Source: a virus
Length of the DNA: 64,000 nt
Reading direction: 5' to 3' (one strand)
IMG/VR virus record: IMGVR_UViG_3300033145_001087
Location: 1-64,000 of that record
The number at the start of each line of letters is the position of its first letter. The first letter of the stretch is position 1. The position numbers and the translations under genes were made by a program. Shown here one piece after another: positions 26,014 through 36,620 of the stretch. Below the pieces are notes generated by a model that worked only from the letters and a program-made list of their open reading frames with translations, was not told the DNA's origin and made no database searches.

Positions 26014-27112
26014 TGATTGTCTCTCCCTATTTACCGAAAGGCTATATGAAAATATATTTACGAAAGAGAACATAAAAACAAAGAAAAAATGTATTCCTAT
26101 TGATGGAGAAAAATATTATGGTTATTTTTTAGAAAAGAATAAAGAAACTTTTTTTATTCAAGATGATGGTATAAAGGGACTGCCTTTTAGAATAGATAAG
26201 GCGTTAGAAACAGATTATAAGGGAGATGTCTTTAAAGTAATAACAGAGTTTACATCTATAAAAATACCGTCAGAGAAAAAGATGTCTTTTAGGGAATTAG
26301 TAAATAACACTCCCTCTTTTACACATACAAACCCTTTACATTTCTTATTGTATAAAATAGTAGCTATATCATCATATATTGACCGCTTAAATGCAAGGAT
26401 ATCAACAGACCAAGGATTTGGGAAAGATTCAGTAGTTAATATTATACAACAACTTGTTAATTCTACTGTGAATATTTATGGGGCAACCTTTGCTAAATTA
26501 GAATTTTCATTAATTAATAAGCTTATAATATTAAATGAAATGGGAAACCTTAAAAAAGATGATAAAATAAATATGCAAGAATTTTTACTTGCTACAGGAG
26601 ATTTTTCTAATGATTATACTAAACGAACAAGGAAAACTTTAACCACTCAAGAACAATATAATATAAGTAAATTAAGTTTATTGATTTTTTATAATCTACC
26701 ACAACATTACATAGGTAAAGCCCAAGAGTTTTTTGACCAATTATTTACAAAAGCAGTTATTAGGAGATTTATTCCTTTTTATTTTAAAGGAAATTTAACA
26801 ACAGAATTTGAAAAAATAATAGATATAAAACAAATAGTAGATAAAAATGAACAAAATTACAAAGATGTAATAGCTACCTTAAATTATTTTAGAGAACACA
26901 TTATTAAAGAGATTAAATATGATATTCCTACAAATATAGAATTTTCAGACAAGCTTAAAAGATATGGGAGAGTTTTTAATACATTGCTTAAATACATAAG
27001 TGAATATGCAGAATCACAAGAAGAATTTAATACTTTAAGTTTGGAATTATTTAAATGTTATAAAAATTATTCTAAATTATTAGTTACAGAAAGAAAAGGG
27101 GATATAAAATGA
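25901..27112 (+). CDS. AAA+ P-loop ATPase, putative replicative helicase (MCM/SF3-like); start uncertain
   Basis: Walker A TDQGFGKD, Walker B LIILNE, AVIRRF arginine finger. Confidence 0.6.
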   Translation: MKKHYYVMNYGRLKMEKHYVKNVTTPQKEENQEWIYHNDCLSLFTERLYENIFTKENIKTKKKCIPIDGEKYYGYFLEKNKETFFIQDDGIKGLPFRIDKALETDYKGDVFKVITEFTSIKIPSEKKMSFRELVNNTPSFTHTNPLHFLLYKIVAISSYIDRLNARISTDQGFGKDSVVNIIQQLVNSTVNIYGATFAKLEFSLINKLIILNEMGNLKKDDKINMQEFLLATGDFSNDYTKRTRKTLTTQEQYNISKLSLLIFYNLPQHYIGKAQEFFDQLFTKAVIRRFIPFYFKGNLTTEFEKIIDIKQIVDKNEQNYKDVIATLNYFREHIIKEIKYDIPTNIEFSDKLKRYGRVFNTLLKYISEYAESQEEFNTLSLELFKCYKNYSKLLVTERKGDIK

Positions 27113-27426
27113 CAAAAATAAATAAAGATTGTGTTGGGTGTATGATGTGTTCACAAGAATACCCGCATGTATTTTCTGTAGTGAATAGTAAAGCTAAGAT
27201 AATAAATAAAAAATTATTTAAAAAAGAGATGGGATACATTTGTCCAGTAGGTGCTATAGAATGACACAAGAAAAGAAATTAGCAAGGGACCCAAATATGG
27301 TTATAGCCTCAGAACAACTTTTTTCAACTTTCTGTGAATTGGTTAAAGCAGGTTTTTCTAAAGAAGAAGCTATTCTTTACCTATCTAATTTAGTAGCGAG
27401 ATTACATTATAATAAAGGTAAATAAA

Positions 27427-27933
27427 ATGAAATCACAGCCAAACCGTAATTATAAATCGAATGATATAATTATGACTCCTTTATATTTAACTAGACAATT
27501 AGTTAATCATTTAAACCCTAAAGAAAGTATTTTAGAACCTTGTAAAGGTAGTGGAAATTTTATAAAGGCATTTAAAGAATATAATAAAGAACTTGAAATA
27601 AATTGGTGTGAGATAACAGAAGGTGTTAATTTTTTAGAATATGAAAAACAACATAATTGGATAATTACAAACCCACCGTGGTCACAAATAAGAGTTTTCC
27701 TAAATAAAAGTATGGAACTTAGTAATAATGTTTGTTTCCTTATGACTATTAATCATCTTTGGACTAAAGCACGATTGAGAGATATAAAAGAAAAAGGGTT
27801 TGGAATAAAAGAAATTATTATTTTTGATACTCCTATTAATTTTCCTCAATTAGGATTTCAAGTGGGTATGGTTTGGTTACAAAAAAACTATAACGGAGAT
27901 ATAAAATTTATAGATATGAGAGGATTACAATGA
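27427..27933 (+). CDS. amino-DNA methyltransferase (small N6-adenine type)
   Basis: D...TP, ILEPCKGSGNF, IITNPPW. Confidence 0.85.
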   Translation: MKSQPNRNYKSNDIIMTPLYLTRQLVNHLNPKESILEPCKGSGNFIKAFKEYNKELEINWCEITEGVNFLEYEKQHNWIITNPPWSQIRVFLNKSMELSNNVCFLMTINHLWTKARLRDIKEKGFGIKEIIIFDTPINFPQLGFQVGMVWLQKNYNGDIKFIDMRGLQ

Positions 27934-28115
27934 AAACGGATAGATATTTAATATTTTGTGATGGACATATTGAAAAAGATTTCGAAGCTACAGAAACAGA
28001 TGCGGAAATATTTTATTCTAATATGTTAGAAGATAATGTTAGGGATATACTTTATGATACAATGGAATGTGTTAAAGTAATTAGAATGTCAAAAGACAAT
28101 TTCGAGGTGGAATAG

Positions 28116-28880
28116 ATGATTAAATGGGTTACTAAATTATTTGAAGAGGAATATAAAAAAATACAAAGAAGTAATGATGAAGTATATATTTATCTTCTGA
28201 ATGTGAAGAAGGATATAATTAAGTCTAATATAGTAAAAATAGATGATTTGAATAATCAAAATTTATTATTACAAGATAGGATTGTTAAATTAGAAGAGGT
28301 TAAAAAAGAAGAGTGTAAATTAGAAAAGTTTTGGAATAATAAACGAAGAAAATCAAATACTTTAACTTATCCAGCACGACCAGTCTTTAATTCGAGTAGA
28401 AGAATAAATGTTGACCCTAGAGGGTTTTTCGTAAATGATAAATTTATACCTTATATTAAAAATGGAACAAATGATGAAAAAGCTAAAGAATGTTTAAAGT
28501 GGGTAATAGATAATATAAAATATAAAACAGATATTAATTTATTTAAAAGACCAGAAGTGTGGTTATTTCCCTTTGAAACTCTTTCATTAGGTAAAGGAGA
28601 TTGTGAGGATGGAGGTATACTTATGGCTAATATGATGATAAAAAGTGGAATACCTTATTGGCGTATAAGAATAAACGCAGGAGATGTAAAAGGAACTGGA
28701 CACGCTTATATAACGTATCTTAGAGAAAAAGACAACAAATGGGTTATTTTAGATTGGTGTTATTACCCAAAAAATTCTTTAAGAGGATTACTTTGGAAAA
28801 AAGCTAGCAAATATTATTTTGGTATATGGTTTTCATTTAACCAAGAATACATATTTAAAGGAGCAACATTAGATAGGTGA
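28116..28880 (+). CDS. transglutaminase-like cysteine protease/hydrolase with N-terminal coiled coil
   Basis: Triad GDCED / GHAY / WVILD. Confidence 0.75.
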   Translation: MIKWVTKLFEEEYKKIQRSNDEVYIYLLNVKKDIIKSNIVKIDDLNNQNLLLQDRIVKLEEVKKEECKLEKFWNNKRRKSNTLTYPARPVFNSSRRINVDPRGFFVNDKFIPYIKNGTNDEKAKECLKWVIDNIKYKTDINLFKRPEVWLFPFETLSLGKGDCEDGGILMANMMIKSGIPYWRIRINAGDVKGTGHAYITYLREKDNKWVILDWCYYPKNSLRGLLWKKASKYYFGIWFSFNQEYIFKGATLDR

Positions 28881-29274
28881 TAAAATGACAATCGACCAGT
28901 TATGTGATACTTTTTATATAAGCAGAGAACAAAAAAGATTAATGGAAAGAACTAAAACATCAAAAGACGCATTACAAGGATATATTGAAAGAGGATGTTT
29001 CAAATGTGACGGCAAAGACAAATCTTGTGAAATATATTCTACATATCTATCTCATATAGATAGATTTCAAAACGATGAATATTATAAGAAATAAGTAAAT
29101 TTTAAAATGATAAATTATTTAAAAAAAATATATTGTAGATTATTTCATGAATGGTCTGATGTATTATATAAAGAAGGTAAGGGATGGAAGAACGGAAAAT
29201 ATAAGGAACCTTGTGAATATAAAAAAGCTTGTAAAAAATGTGAAGAATGGAAATAATAAAATTGAGGTTAAAAA

Positions 29275-30204
29275 ATGAGTGAATTAGATGCTATAAAAGG
29301 ACTCGGTCCTAAAACTCTAGAAAAATTAGAATCGGCTGGAATAGGCACTCCTATGAGTTTGGCTACAAGTTCTCCTACAGAAATAGCTTCTGTAGCCGGT
29401 TTAAGCGAATCTGTAGCAAGAAAACTTATTAAACAAGCAAGGGATAGTTTAAAATTAGGATTTGAAATAGCAAAAGAATATGCAAAGAAAAGAGAAGGAA
29501 TAACTAAAATTTCAACTGGTTGTTCAGATTTTGATGAAATTATTGGTGGTGGTTTTGAAAGTGGAACAATTACTGAAATTTATGGTAGAACAGCATCAGG
29601 AAAAACACAACTATCTCACACCCTAATTGTTCAAGCGTTAAAAGAAAATAAAGATACCAAGGGAATTTATATAGATAGTGAATCAACTTTTAGAGCAGAA
29701 CGAATAAAAGATATTTGTGAAGCAAATGAACTGGAATATGATGATATTATGAATAGAATCTATATTGCACGAAGTTATAATTCATCACATCAAATATTAT
29801 TAGTAGATGAATTAGAAAAAATATTACAAAAAGATAATAGTTATAATATCTTAGTGATAGATTCTCTTACTTCCCATTTTAGAGCAGATTTTAGTGGTAG
29901 AGGAGAATTAGCATCCAGACAACAACTATTAAACAAACATTTACACCAATTACTTAAAATAGCAGATATTTATAATCTAGTAGTTATAGTAACAAATCAA
30001 GTTCAAAGTGACCCTGGGCAGTTCTATGGAAACCCAGAAAAACCTATTGGTGGAAATATTTTAAGTCACGCAGTTACAAATATAATTTATATAAGACCGG
30101 CTAAGGCTGGAACTTGGTCAGCTAAATTAGTAGATTCACCGAATCTACCATCAAAAGAAGCAATTTATCTTATAACAAAAAACGGAATAGAGAATGTCAA
30201 ATAG
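29275..30204 (+). CDS. radA: archaeal RadA recombinase
   Basis: N-terminal HhH, FxxA, GRTASGKTQ, YIDSESTFR, VIDSL, RGELASRQQ, TNQV, PIGGNIL.H, LVDSP. Confidence 0.95.
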   Translation: MSELDAIKGLGPKTLEKLESAGIGTPMSLATSSPTEIASVAGLSESVARKLIKQARDSLKLGFEIAKEYAKKREGITKISTGCSDFDEIIGGGFESGTITEIYGRTASGKTQLSHTLIVQALKENKDTKGIYIDSESTFRAERIKDICEANELEYDDIMNRIYIARSYNSSHQILLVDELEKILQKDNSYNILVIDSLTSHFRADFSGRGELASRQQLLNKHLHQLLKIADIYNLVVIVTNQVQSDPGQFYGNPEKPIGGNILSHAVTNIIYIRPAKAGTWSAKLVDSPNLPSKEAIYLITKNGIENVK

Positions 30205-30225
30205 AAACATTTAAATATATAAAGT
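30203..30225 (+). promoter_or_regulatory. BRE-TATA promoter
   Basis: AGAAACATTTAAATATATAAAGT. Confidence 0.6.
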
Positions 30226-30239
30226 ATTATATAATACAT

Positions 30240-30366
30240 CACAGTCTTAAAAGACACAACCAAGGAGAAAAAATTCAATACCATGTTGTTGAGACCTTGG
30301 AAAATGGTAGAAGAAAGAATGGAATGCCATGTTGCTCCAAACTTTTAAAGGGGTTCAAATCCCCTT
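30240..30366 (+). ncRNA. putative structured RNA or leader ending in a tRNA-like T-arm
   Basis: CCAAGG/CCTTGG stem, TACCAT/ATGGTA complementarity, AAGGGG-TTCAAAT-CCCCTT. Confidence 0.45.
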
Positions 30367-30395
30367 AATTATAATCAATAAATAAGGTGAGAAAA

Positions 30396-30824
30396 ATTAA
30401 ATTAAAAATAAAAAAACTAATTTCTGTAAAAACGCCATCTTACGCAACGCCAAATGATGCTGGACTGGATTTATATTCTCCAGACAACGAAACTATAAAA
30501 CAGGGAGAACGATTATTAATACCTATGGGAATAAAGATAGCTGTCCCTATTGGGTATGAAGCACAAATCAGACCAAAATCAGGACTAGCATTAAAACACG
30601 GCATAAGTATATTAAATACGCCAGGAACTATAGATTCTGGATATAGAGGGGAAATAGGAATTATCCTCGTTAATTTCGGTGAAAGCGATTTTATTATTGA
30701 AAAGGGTATGAAGATAGCTCAGATGATAATAAATAAAATAGAACAAGTAGAAATTGAAGAAGTAGACGAATTAGATACCACTGAACGAAATGAAGGTGGT
30801 TTCGGTTCAACAGGTGAAAAATAA
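30396..30824 (+). CDS. dut: trimeric dUTPase (probable ATT start; alternative GTG at 30387)
   Basis: DAGLDL, RPKSG, PGTIDSGYRGE, IAQM, R..GGFGSTG. Confidence 0.95.
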   Translation: MKLKIKKLISVKTPSYATPNDAGLDLYSPDNETIKQGERLLIPMGIKIAVPIGYEAQIRPKSGLALKHGISILNTPGTIDSGYRGEIGIILVNFGESDFIIEKGMKIAQMIINKIEQVEIEEVDELDTTERNEGGFGSTGEK

Positions 30825-30838
30825 AAAAGGTGATTGAT

Positions 30839-31183
30839 ATGGGTGAAAGTCAAAGTAGATATAGTATAATTGCAGATTTAACAAATCAGAAGTTAAGAAT
30901 TTTAGACGACATATTAAATTTAGACAATGCTATAGAAATAAAAAAACAGATAGTTATAAATAAAACAAAAGAGTTTGTAGAATGGGAAAAAAATGTTCAA
31001 GAAGATATAAAAAAAGAAACTAAAAAACAAGAAAGACATTTAAAAAGTCTGGGTGATGAATTAACGTTTGAGGAAAGTCAAAAGGATAAAAAAGAAAGCA
31101 CTATGAATAAAAAGATTGTTGAGATTGACGCCGCCTTAAAGAGACTTGAAGAAATAAGCAAACTGGCTGGTGAGAAACAATGA
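30839..31183 (+). CDS. coiled-coil protein
   Basis: Heptad pattern throughout. Confidence 0.55.
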   Translation: MGESQSRYSIIADLTNQKLRILDDILNLDNAIEIKKQIVINKTKEFVEWEKNVQEDIKKETKKQERHLKSLGDELTFEESQKDKKESTMNKKIVEIDAALKRLEEISKLAGEKQ

Positions 31184-31902
31184 AAATAGAGGCAAAAACA
31201 TTACAAACATACATTAAAAAAACAAGTTTAAATAATACAATTTCTACTATAAATTTGGATTTTACGGAAGAAGGTGTAAAATCTGCCGTTAGAGATATAT
31301 CAAATATCTCATTGGTTATTAGTCATTTAAAACGAGAAGCGTTTGAAACATATGAGGCCATAGGAGAAATTTATCTTAAAAATGCAAGATTTTTTTATGA
31401 TATATTAAATACTTTTGAAGATATAATAGATATTGAAAAAGTGGAAGACCATTTATTGAGAATTTCAAACGAAAAACGAGAGGCGTATATAATTTTAGCA
31501 GATAAAAGCATCTGTACAAATGTATATAGAGAAGAAAGACCGGTAATACCAACAACACTCTCTATAGAATTATATAAAAGTGATTTAGACCGTGTAGTGA
31601 AAGATATGAAATTGTTAGCTATTAATGCGGTTACTATAAAACAAGAAGGAAGTTCTGTAATATTTCAGGTAGGAAAGAAAGACGAATTTGATTTTACAAA
31701 AAATAAAATATCAACAATGATAGAAGGCGAAACAGGAAAGGTAACGGTTGGTATAAATGATACATTAATACATTATACAGAAGCATTAACAAATAAAGTT
31801 ATACTTCATATAGGAACAGATATACCATTAGTATTTGAAGAAGAGACTCCGCTTATTAAAACAACAACTATTGTTGCTCCTATAGTGACACAAAATGACT
31901 GA
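31180..31902 (+). CDS. pcn: DNA sliding clamp (PCNA-like)
   Basis: 240 aa; F..EG.....D..N.SLV...L....FE.Y and C-terminal D.PL...VAP. Next to RFC. Confidence 0.8.
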   Translation: MKIEAKTLQTYIKKTSLNNTISTINLDFTEEGVKSAVRDISNISLVISHLKREAFETYEAIGEIYLKNARFFYDILNTFEDIIDIEKVEDHLLRISNEKREAYIILADKSICTNVYREERPVIPTTLSIELYKSDLDRVVKDMKLLAINAVTIKQEGSSVIFQVGKKDEFDFTKNKISTMIEGETGKVTVGINDTLIHYTEALTNKVILHIGTDIPLVFEEETPLIKTTTIVAPIVTQND

Positions 31903-32031
31903 TAAGCATTATGCCTTTTGTCCGAAATGTTATGACGGTATAATAGTAAAAGATAAAAAAATATCTAATGTGTTTTTTTGTAATAAATGTTTTAGAGAAA
32001 TTAAAATAGAAAAATTTGCAGGTGTTAAAAA

Positions 32032-32952
32032 ATGAAATCAATTCCCCTCTCAGAAATTTATAGACCGACACAACTTGATGAAGTTATAAATATAGATAAA
32101 GAACGTTTCTATAACCTTATAAAGACACCACAAGAAATGCCCAATCTACTTCTCTACGGTCCCCAGGGAACTGGAAAAACAACAACAGCAAAGATAATAC
32201 TTAAAGAATTATCGCCTATAAATTTTATAAGAATTAACGGCTCAGATACTACGGGTGTAGATACTATAAGAGATAAAGTATATAACTTTATGACTAGTAT
32301 GAGTAGTGAAGAAGATAAACCAAAAATTATATGGATTGAAGAATTTGACTTTATGTCACAAGCATCATTTGCTGCATTAAGGAGTATGATAGAACAATAT
32401 ATTAGAAATGCCAGATTTATAGTGACGCTTAATTATATAAATAAAATTCCCGAACCAATTCAAAGCAGATTTACTTGTATAGAATTTAAGAAATGTATAG
32501 ATAATACAAGTTTAATAGACAGATTAAAATATATTTGTTATGAAGAAGGAATAAAATACAATAAAGAATCTACTGTTTTCGAGGATATTATCAAAAAGAG
32601 TAAAGGGGATATAAGAGCTTGTATAAATACGTTACAAGAACTATCTTCAAACAAAGAAAAAAATTTGCCCGAAAGCTTACTTTTTATGATTCAAAACACA
32701 ACAGAAGAAACATATAAATTACTTTTAGATAAACAATGGAGTAAAATTAGGTATGAAATACCTAAATTAAATCCAGATTATGGTAAACTACTTGTCGAAT
32801 TAGATGAAATGTTTTTTAAATCAAGTATATCAACACCGATAAAGGCAGAAATAAATGAAATAATTGCCAGGTCTCTTTATGAAATGTCGTTTGTGTTTGA
32901 TGAAAGCATATCTTTTTCTGCATGTTGTTCAAAAATAATAAAGGTGTTATAA
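32032..32952 (+). CDS. rfcS: replication factor C small subunit (clamp loader)
   Basis: E.YRP..L.EV, PNLLLYGPQGTGKTT, IEEFD, IQSRF, GDIR. Confidence 0.92.
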   Translation: MKSIPLSEIYRPTQLDEVINIDKERFYNLIKTPQEMPNLLLYGPQGTGKTTTAKIILKELSPINFIRINGSDTTGVDTIRDKVYNFMTSMSSEEDKPKIIWIEEFDFMSQASFAALRSMIEQYIRNARFIVTLNYINKIPEPIQSRFTCIEFKKCIDNTSLIDRLKYICYEEGIKYNKESTVFEDIIKKSKGDIRACINTLQELSSNKEKNLPESLLFMIQNTTEETYKLLLDKQWSKIRYEIPKLNPDYGKLLVELDEMFFKSSISTPIKAEINEIIARSLYEMSFVFDESISFSACCSKIIKVL

Positions 32953-33546
32953 ATGCAAGAAGTTGTTATATGGTCAGGCGGTTGTGATTCAACGAAAATA
33001 CTTTATGATTTAGCTAGAAATTCTTCTGCTAATAAACCAGTACTTGCAATTTCAGTAGAACACTCTCGTACAGATGACCTTAAAAGAAAGAAGGAAAAAG
33101 AAGCAAGAAAAAAGATTTTAAAATGGATGAAAGAGGAAGGATACCATATTGAGCATGAAACTATTAAAGTAACACCAGATTTAATGACACCAACAGGTTT
33201 TAATGAACCTTCTTGTTGGGTTTGTTCAGTAGTACCTTATTTACCCTCGTTTTGTAATGTTCATTTTGGATATATTTTTGAAGATTCATTTTGGCATTTA
33301 AAGGGAGAATTTACAGATACCTTTCATAGTATAACTTCATTAAGAATAAATAAATATGATATTAAACTTTTCTTTGATTTAGAATGGACTCATAAAAAAG
33401 AAATTATTAAGGAATTAAAAGAAATTGGTTTATTTAAATTAATATGGACTTGTGAAAGGCCAAAAAAGAATGGTAATATGTGTGGTAAATGTATACCGTG
33501 CAAATCATTAAAAACAAACTTACAAGAATTAAAAAAGGAGGAATAA
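32953..33546 (+). CDS. queC: QueC-like PP-loop ATPase
   Basis: WSGGCDS, K.EII, WTC-x8-CGKCIPC. Confidence 0.75.
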   Translation: MQEVVIWSGGCDSTKILYDLARNSSANKPVLAISVEHSRTDDLKRKKEKEARKKILKWMKEEGYHIEHETIKVTPDLMTPTGFNEPSCWVCSVVPYLPSFCNVHFGYIFEDSFWHLKGEFTDTFHSITSLRINKYDIKLFFDLEWTHKKEIIKELKEIGLFKLIWTCERPKKNGNMCGKCIPCKSLKTNLQELKKEE

Positions 33547-33548
33547 GA

Positions 33549-35354
33549 ATGGATAATAAAGATATAATTACACAATATTTAGAAAATGGGTCCTGGCGGT
33601 TGAAGGAAAACGCAAACCACATATTTTGTTCAGGACATATGATGAACTATATTACAGCAGGTATAATTAAAGAATATTGGTTAAATAAAGTATTCAGTAA
33701 ACGGGCACGAGAATGTCATAATGAAGGGAAAATACACATCCATGATTTAGGAAGATTTAGTCCTTATTGTGTGGGGTTTTCAACATCCGAAGTCATAAAA
33801 TACGGTCTTAGAGGACCTAAAGGAAGAATAAATTCCGCTCCTCCAAAACATATGTGTTCTGTAATTAATCAATTAACTAATTTCGTCGGTGTAATATCTC
33901 AAGAATTCGCAGGTGCTATTGCTTTAAATGATTTCTCACTTTATCTTGCTCCTTTCGTTTATTATGATAAATTAACTTATAAAGAAGTAAAACAAGAAAT
34001 TCAACAATTTGTTTTCCATATGAATCAACCGAATCGATGGGGTGGGGAATGTCCTTTCACAAATATAACAATTAGTTTATCCGTACCAAAAGATATGAAA
34101 GATATAAATGTAATAATAGGTGGAGAAGAGAAAGTAAAAGTATATGGTGATTTTGAGAAAGAAATGAATATGATTAATGAGGCTGTTTTAGAAGTTTTGA
34201 TTGAAGGAGATGCAAATGGGACACCGTTAACATTTCCTGTATTAACAGTAGGAATTAATGGTAATTTTCCTTGGGACAGCGAAATAGCTAAAAAGATATT
34301 TCAAGTAACTGCTAAATATGGCACTCCTTTTTTCGAAAATTTTTCAGAGGGTAGTGGTAGAGACCCTTCTCAAACCAGGTCAATGTGTTGTCGTCTCTCA
34401 TTAAATAAAGATAAGGTAAAAAAACACACAGGAGGAATATTTGGTAATGCAGATAGTATGGGAAGTTTATCTGTAGTAACAATAAATTTAAATAGAATAG
34501 GTTATGAAGCAAAAGGGGATAAGAAAAAATACTATAAGTTAGTGGATGGATACTTAGATTTATCCAAAGAAGTGTTAGTATCACGAAGAGCACAAATAAA
34601 TAAAATGTTTAATGAAGGTCTTTACCCATATACAAAGTTTTATTTAAAAAATTATAACAACTTTTTTTCGACTATAGGAATTATAGGGGCAAATGAAAGT
34701 ATGTTAAATTTCTGGGGAAAAGATATGATGAATTCAGATTCAATAGAATTTATGAAGGACCTTTTAACTCATATAAATAAGAGATGTGAAGTATTCCAAG
34801 AGGAAACAGGGGATTTGTTTAATTTGGAAGCTATACCTGGTGAAGGAGCGATGTATTCATTAGCATTAAAAGACAGAAAAGTCTATAAAGATATTATTTT
34901 GAGTGGGGAAGGTGAACCCTTTTTAACAAACTCAACACACCCGCCTGTAGAAGAAACAGACTTTTTAGAAGTTGTTCAAAGTCAAGAACAATTACAAACA
35001 CTTTATACTGGAGGAACCGCTTTAAATATTTACATAGGTGAAAAACTTAATAACTATAAACAAGCTAAGTCTATGGTAAAAACACTTATAGAGAAAACAA
35101 AATTACCTTATTTTAGTATAACCCCAACGTATTCAGTGTGTAGAGAACATGGGTATATTACTGGTGAAGTATATAGATGTCCTACTTGTAACAAAAGGAC
35201 AGAAGTATTTAGTCGTGTAGTAGGTTATCTTAGACCGAAACAATCCTTTAATAAAGGTAAAGCAGAAGAATTTAAAAAACGAAAATATTATGATGTAAGC
35301 AATATAGAAAAATTAAAAGGGGATGCAGACGTATTAAAAGACGTATTCGAATAA
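33549..35354 (+). CDS. nrdD: anaerobic (class III) ribonucleoside-triphosphate reductase
   Basis: IHIHDL, YC, SMCCRL, EAIPGEG, YTGGT, C..HG..CPTC, SRVVGYLRP. Confidence 0.95.
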   Translation: MDNKDIITQYLENGSWRLKENANHIFCSGHMMNYITAGIIKEYWLNKVFSKRARECHNEGKIHIHDLGRFSPYCVGFSTSEVIKYGLRGPKGRINSAPPKHMCSVINQLTNFVGVISQEFAGAIALNDFSLYLAPFVYYDKLTYKEVKQEIQQFVFHMNQPNRWGGECPFTNITISLSVPKDMKDINVIIGGEEKVKVYGDFEKEMNMINEAVLEVLIEGDANGTPLTFPVLTVGINGNFPWDSEIAKKIFQVTAKYGTPFFENFSEGSGRDPSQTRSMCCRLSLNKDKVKKHTGGIFGNADSMGSLSVVTINLNRIGYEAKGDKKKYYKLVDGYLDLSKEVLVSRRAQINKMFNEGLYPYTKFYLKNYNNFFSTIGIIGANESMLNFWGKDMMNSDSIEFMKDLLTHINKRCEVFQEETGDLFNLEAIPGEGAMYSLALKDRKVYKDIILSGEGEPFLTNSTHPPVEETDFLEVVQSQEQLQTLYTGGTALNIYIGEKLNNYKQAKSMVKTLIEKTKLPYFSITPTYSVCREHGYITGEVYRCPTCNKRTEVFSRVVGYLRPKQSFNKGKAEEFKKRKYYDVSNIEKLKGDADVLKDVFE

Positions 35355-35370
35355 TTAGAAGGTGAGAAAA

Positions 35371-35862
35371 ATGAGAATATCAAATATAAACCCAGCATCT
35401 CTTGTAAACGGTCCTGGTATTAGAATGGTTATAGTTTTTAGCGGATGTAGTCTTAATTGTACTGGTTGTTTTTCTAAAGAGCTACAAGATTTTGATTCTG
35501 GAAAATATGTTACACCGAAACAATTAGTACGTGTGATATTAAAAGAATTTAAAGGTCACACATTGTTAGATGGATTAACTCTTAGTGGTGGTAATCCTAC
35601 AGAACAGCCGGATTTGATAGAATTCTTAAAGTTATTAAAGGAACAAAAACCACGATTCGATATATGGTTATGGAGTGGGCACACATGGGATGAATTGCTA
35701 AATATGAAAAGTGAAAGATGCCCTTTAAAGTATATAGATGCGGTTGTAACAGGTAGATTTATAAAAAGATTACAAGTGGATGGTGAATATTATGGAAGCT
35801 CGAATCAAGAAGTCTGGAAAAGAGATAAAACAGGACGATTCATTAAAGATAAAAAAGAATAA
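35371..35862 (+). CDS. nrdG: NrdD-activating radical SAM enzyme
   Basis: NGPGIR, GCSLNCTGC, GLTLSGG.P, GSSNQ. Confidence 0.92.
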   Translation: MRISNINPASLVNGPGIRMVIVFSGCSLNCTGCFSKELQDFDSGKYVTPKQLVRVILKEFKGHTLLDGLTLSGGNPTEQPDLIEFLKLLKEQKPRFDIWLWSGHTWDELLNMKSERCPLKYIDAVVTGRFIKRLQVDGEYYGSSNQEVWKRDKTGRFIKDKKE

Positions 35863-36619
35863 TATCTATTGTATAGATTGTATAAAAGGTATGAACTGTT
35901 TATTAGACGACTCTATAGATATAACTATAACAAGTCCTCCTTATAATATAGAAAAATTAGTCAGGCGAGCACCTTTCGGTGGTAGACCTGGTAAAGGCAG
36001 ACATTACCATCAAAAGGTATATGTAAAATATGACGATAAAAATGAATCATATTATGATTTCTTAGATAATTTAATAGGAGAATCTATTCGAGTTACAAAA
36101 CATAATGTATTTATTATTATTCAACTTTTATTAGGAAATAAATTGGACATAATAAATGTACTACACAAGTATCAAAAGAATTTAAAAGACATTATTATTT
36201 GGAATAAAAAACAATTTCAACCATCCGTAAATCCTACACAACTATCTTCACAATTTGAGTTCATATTAGTATTTTCTAAAGAAAAGAATTGTACATCAAA
36301 ACCATTTAAATATGCCTTCTTTAATAATAGAGAAAAAGGTCAAAAGAATAGTAATGTAATTACAGGTAATAACGCAGGTAATGAAAAAAATAAATCATTA
36401 AATTTTGCAGTATTTCCAGAATATTTAGTTCAGTGGATTTTAAATAAGTTTAGTAAAGAAGGAGATATGGTTTTTGACCCTTGTAGTGGTAGTGGAACAA
36501 CCGCTGTAGTATCTAAAAAAAATAATAGAAACTATCTTGGTTTTGATATTGATAAAAAATATGTTGATTATGCTATTGACAGATTAGAAAAGACTCCTGT
36601 AAATAAAGGCTGGTGGTAA
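35780..36619 (+). CDS. beta-class N4/N6 DNA methyltransferase (start uncertain)
   Basis: ITSPPYN, IIWNK, AVFPE, DPCSGSGTT. Confidence 0.9.
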   Translation: MVNIMEARIKKSGKEIKQDDSLKIKKNNIYCIDCIKGMNCLLDDSIDITITSPPYNIEKLVRRAPFGGRPGKGRHYHQKVYVKYDDKNESYYDFLDNLIGESIRVTKHNVFIIIQLLLGNKLDIINVLHKYQKNLKDIIIWNKKQFQPSVNPTQLSSQFEFILVFSKEKNCTSKPFKYAFFNNREKGQKNSNVITGNNAGNEKNKSLNFAVFPEYLVQWILNKFSKEGDMVFDPCSGSGTTAVVSKKNNRNYLGFDIDKKYVDYAIDRLEKTPVNKGWW

Positions 36620-36620
36620 A

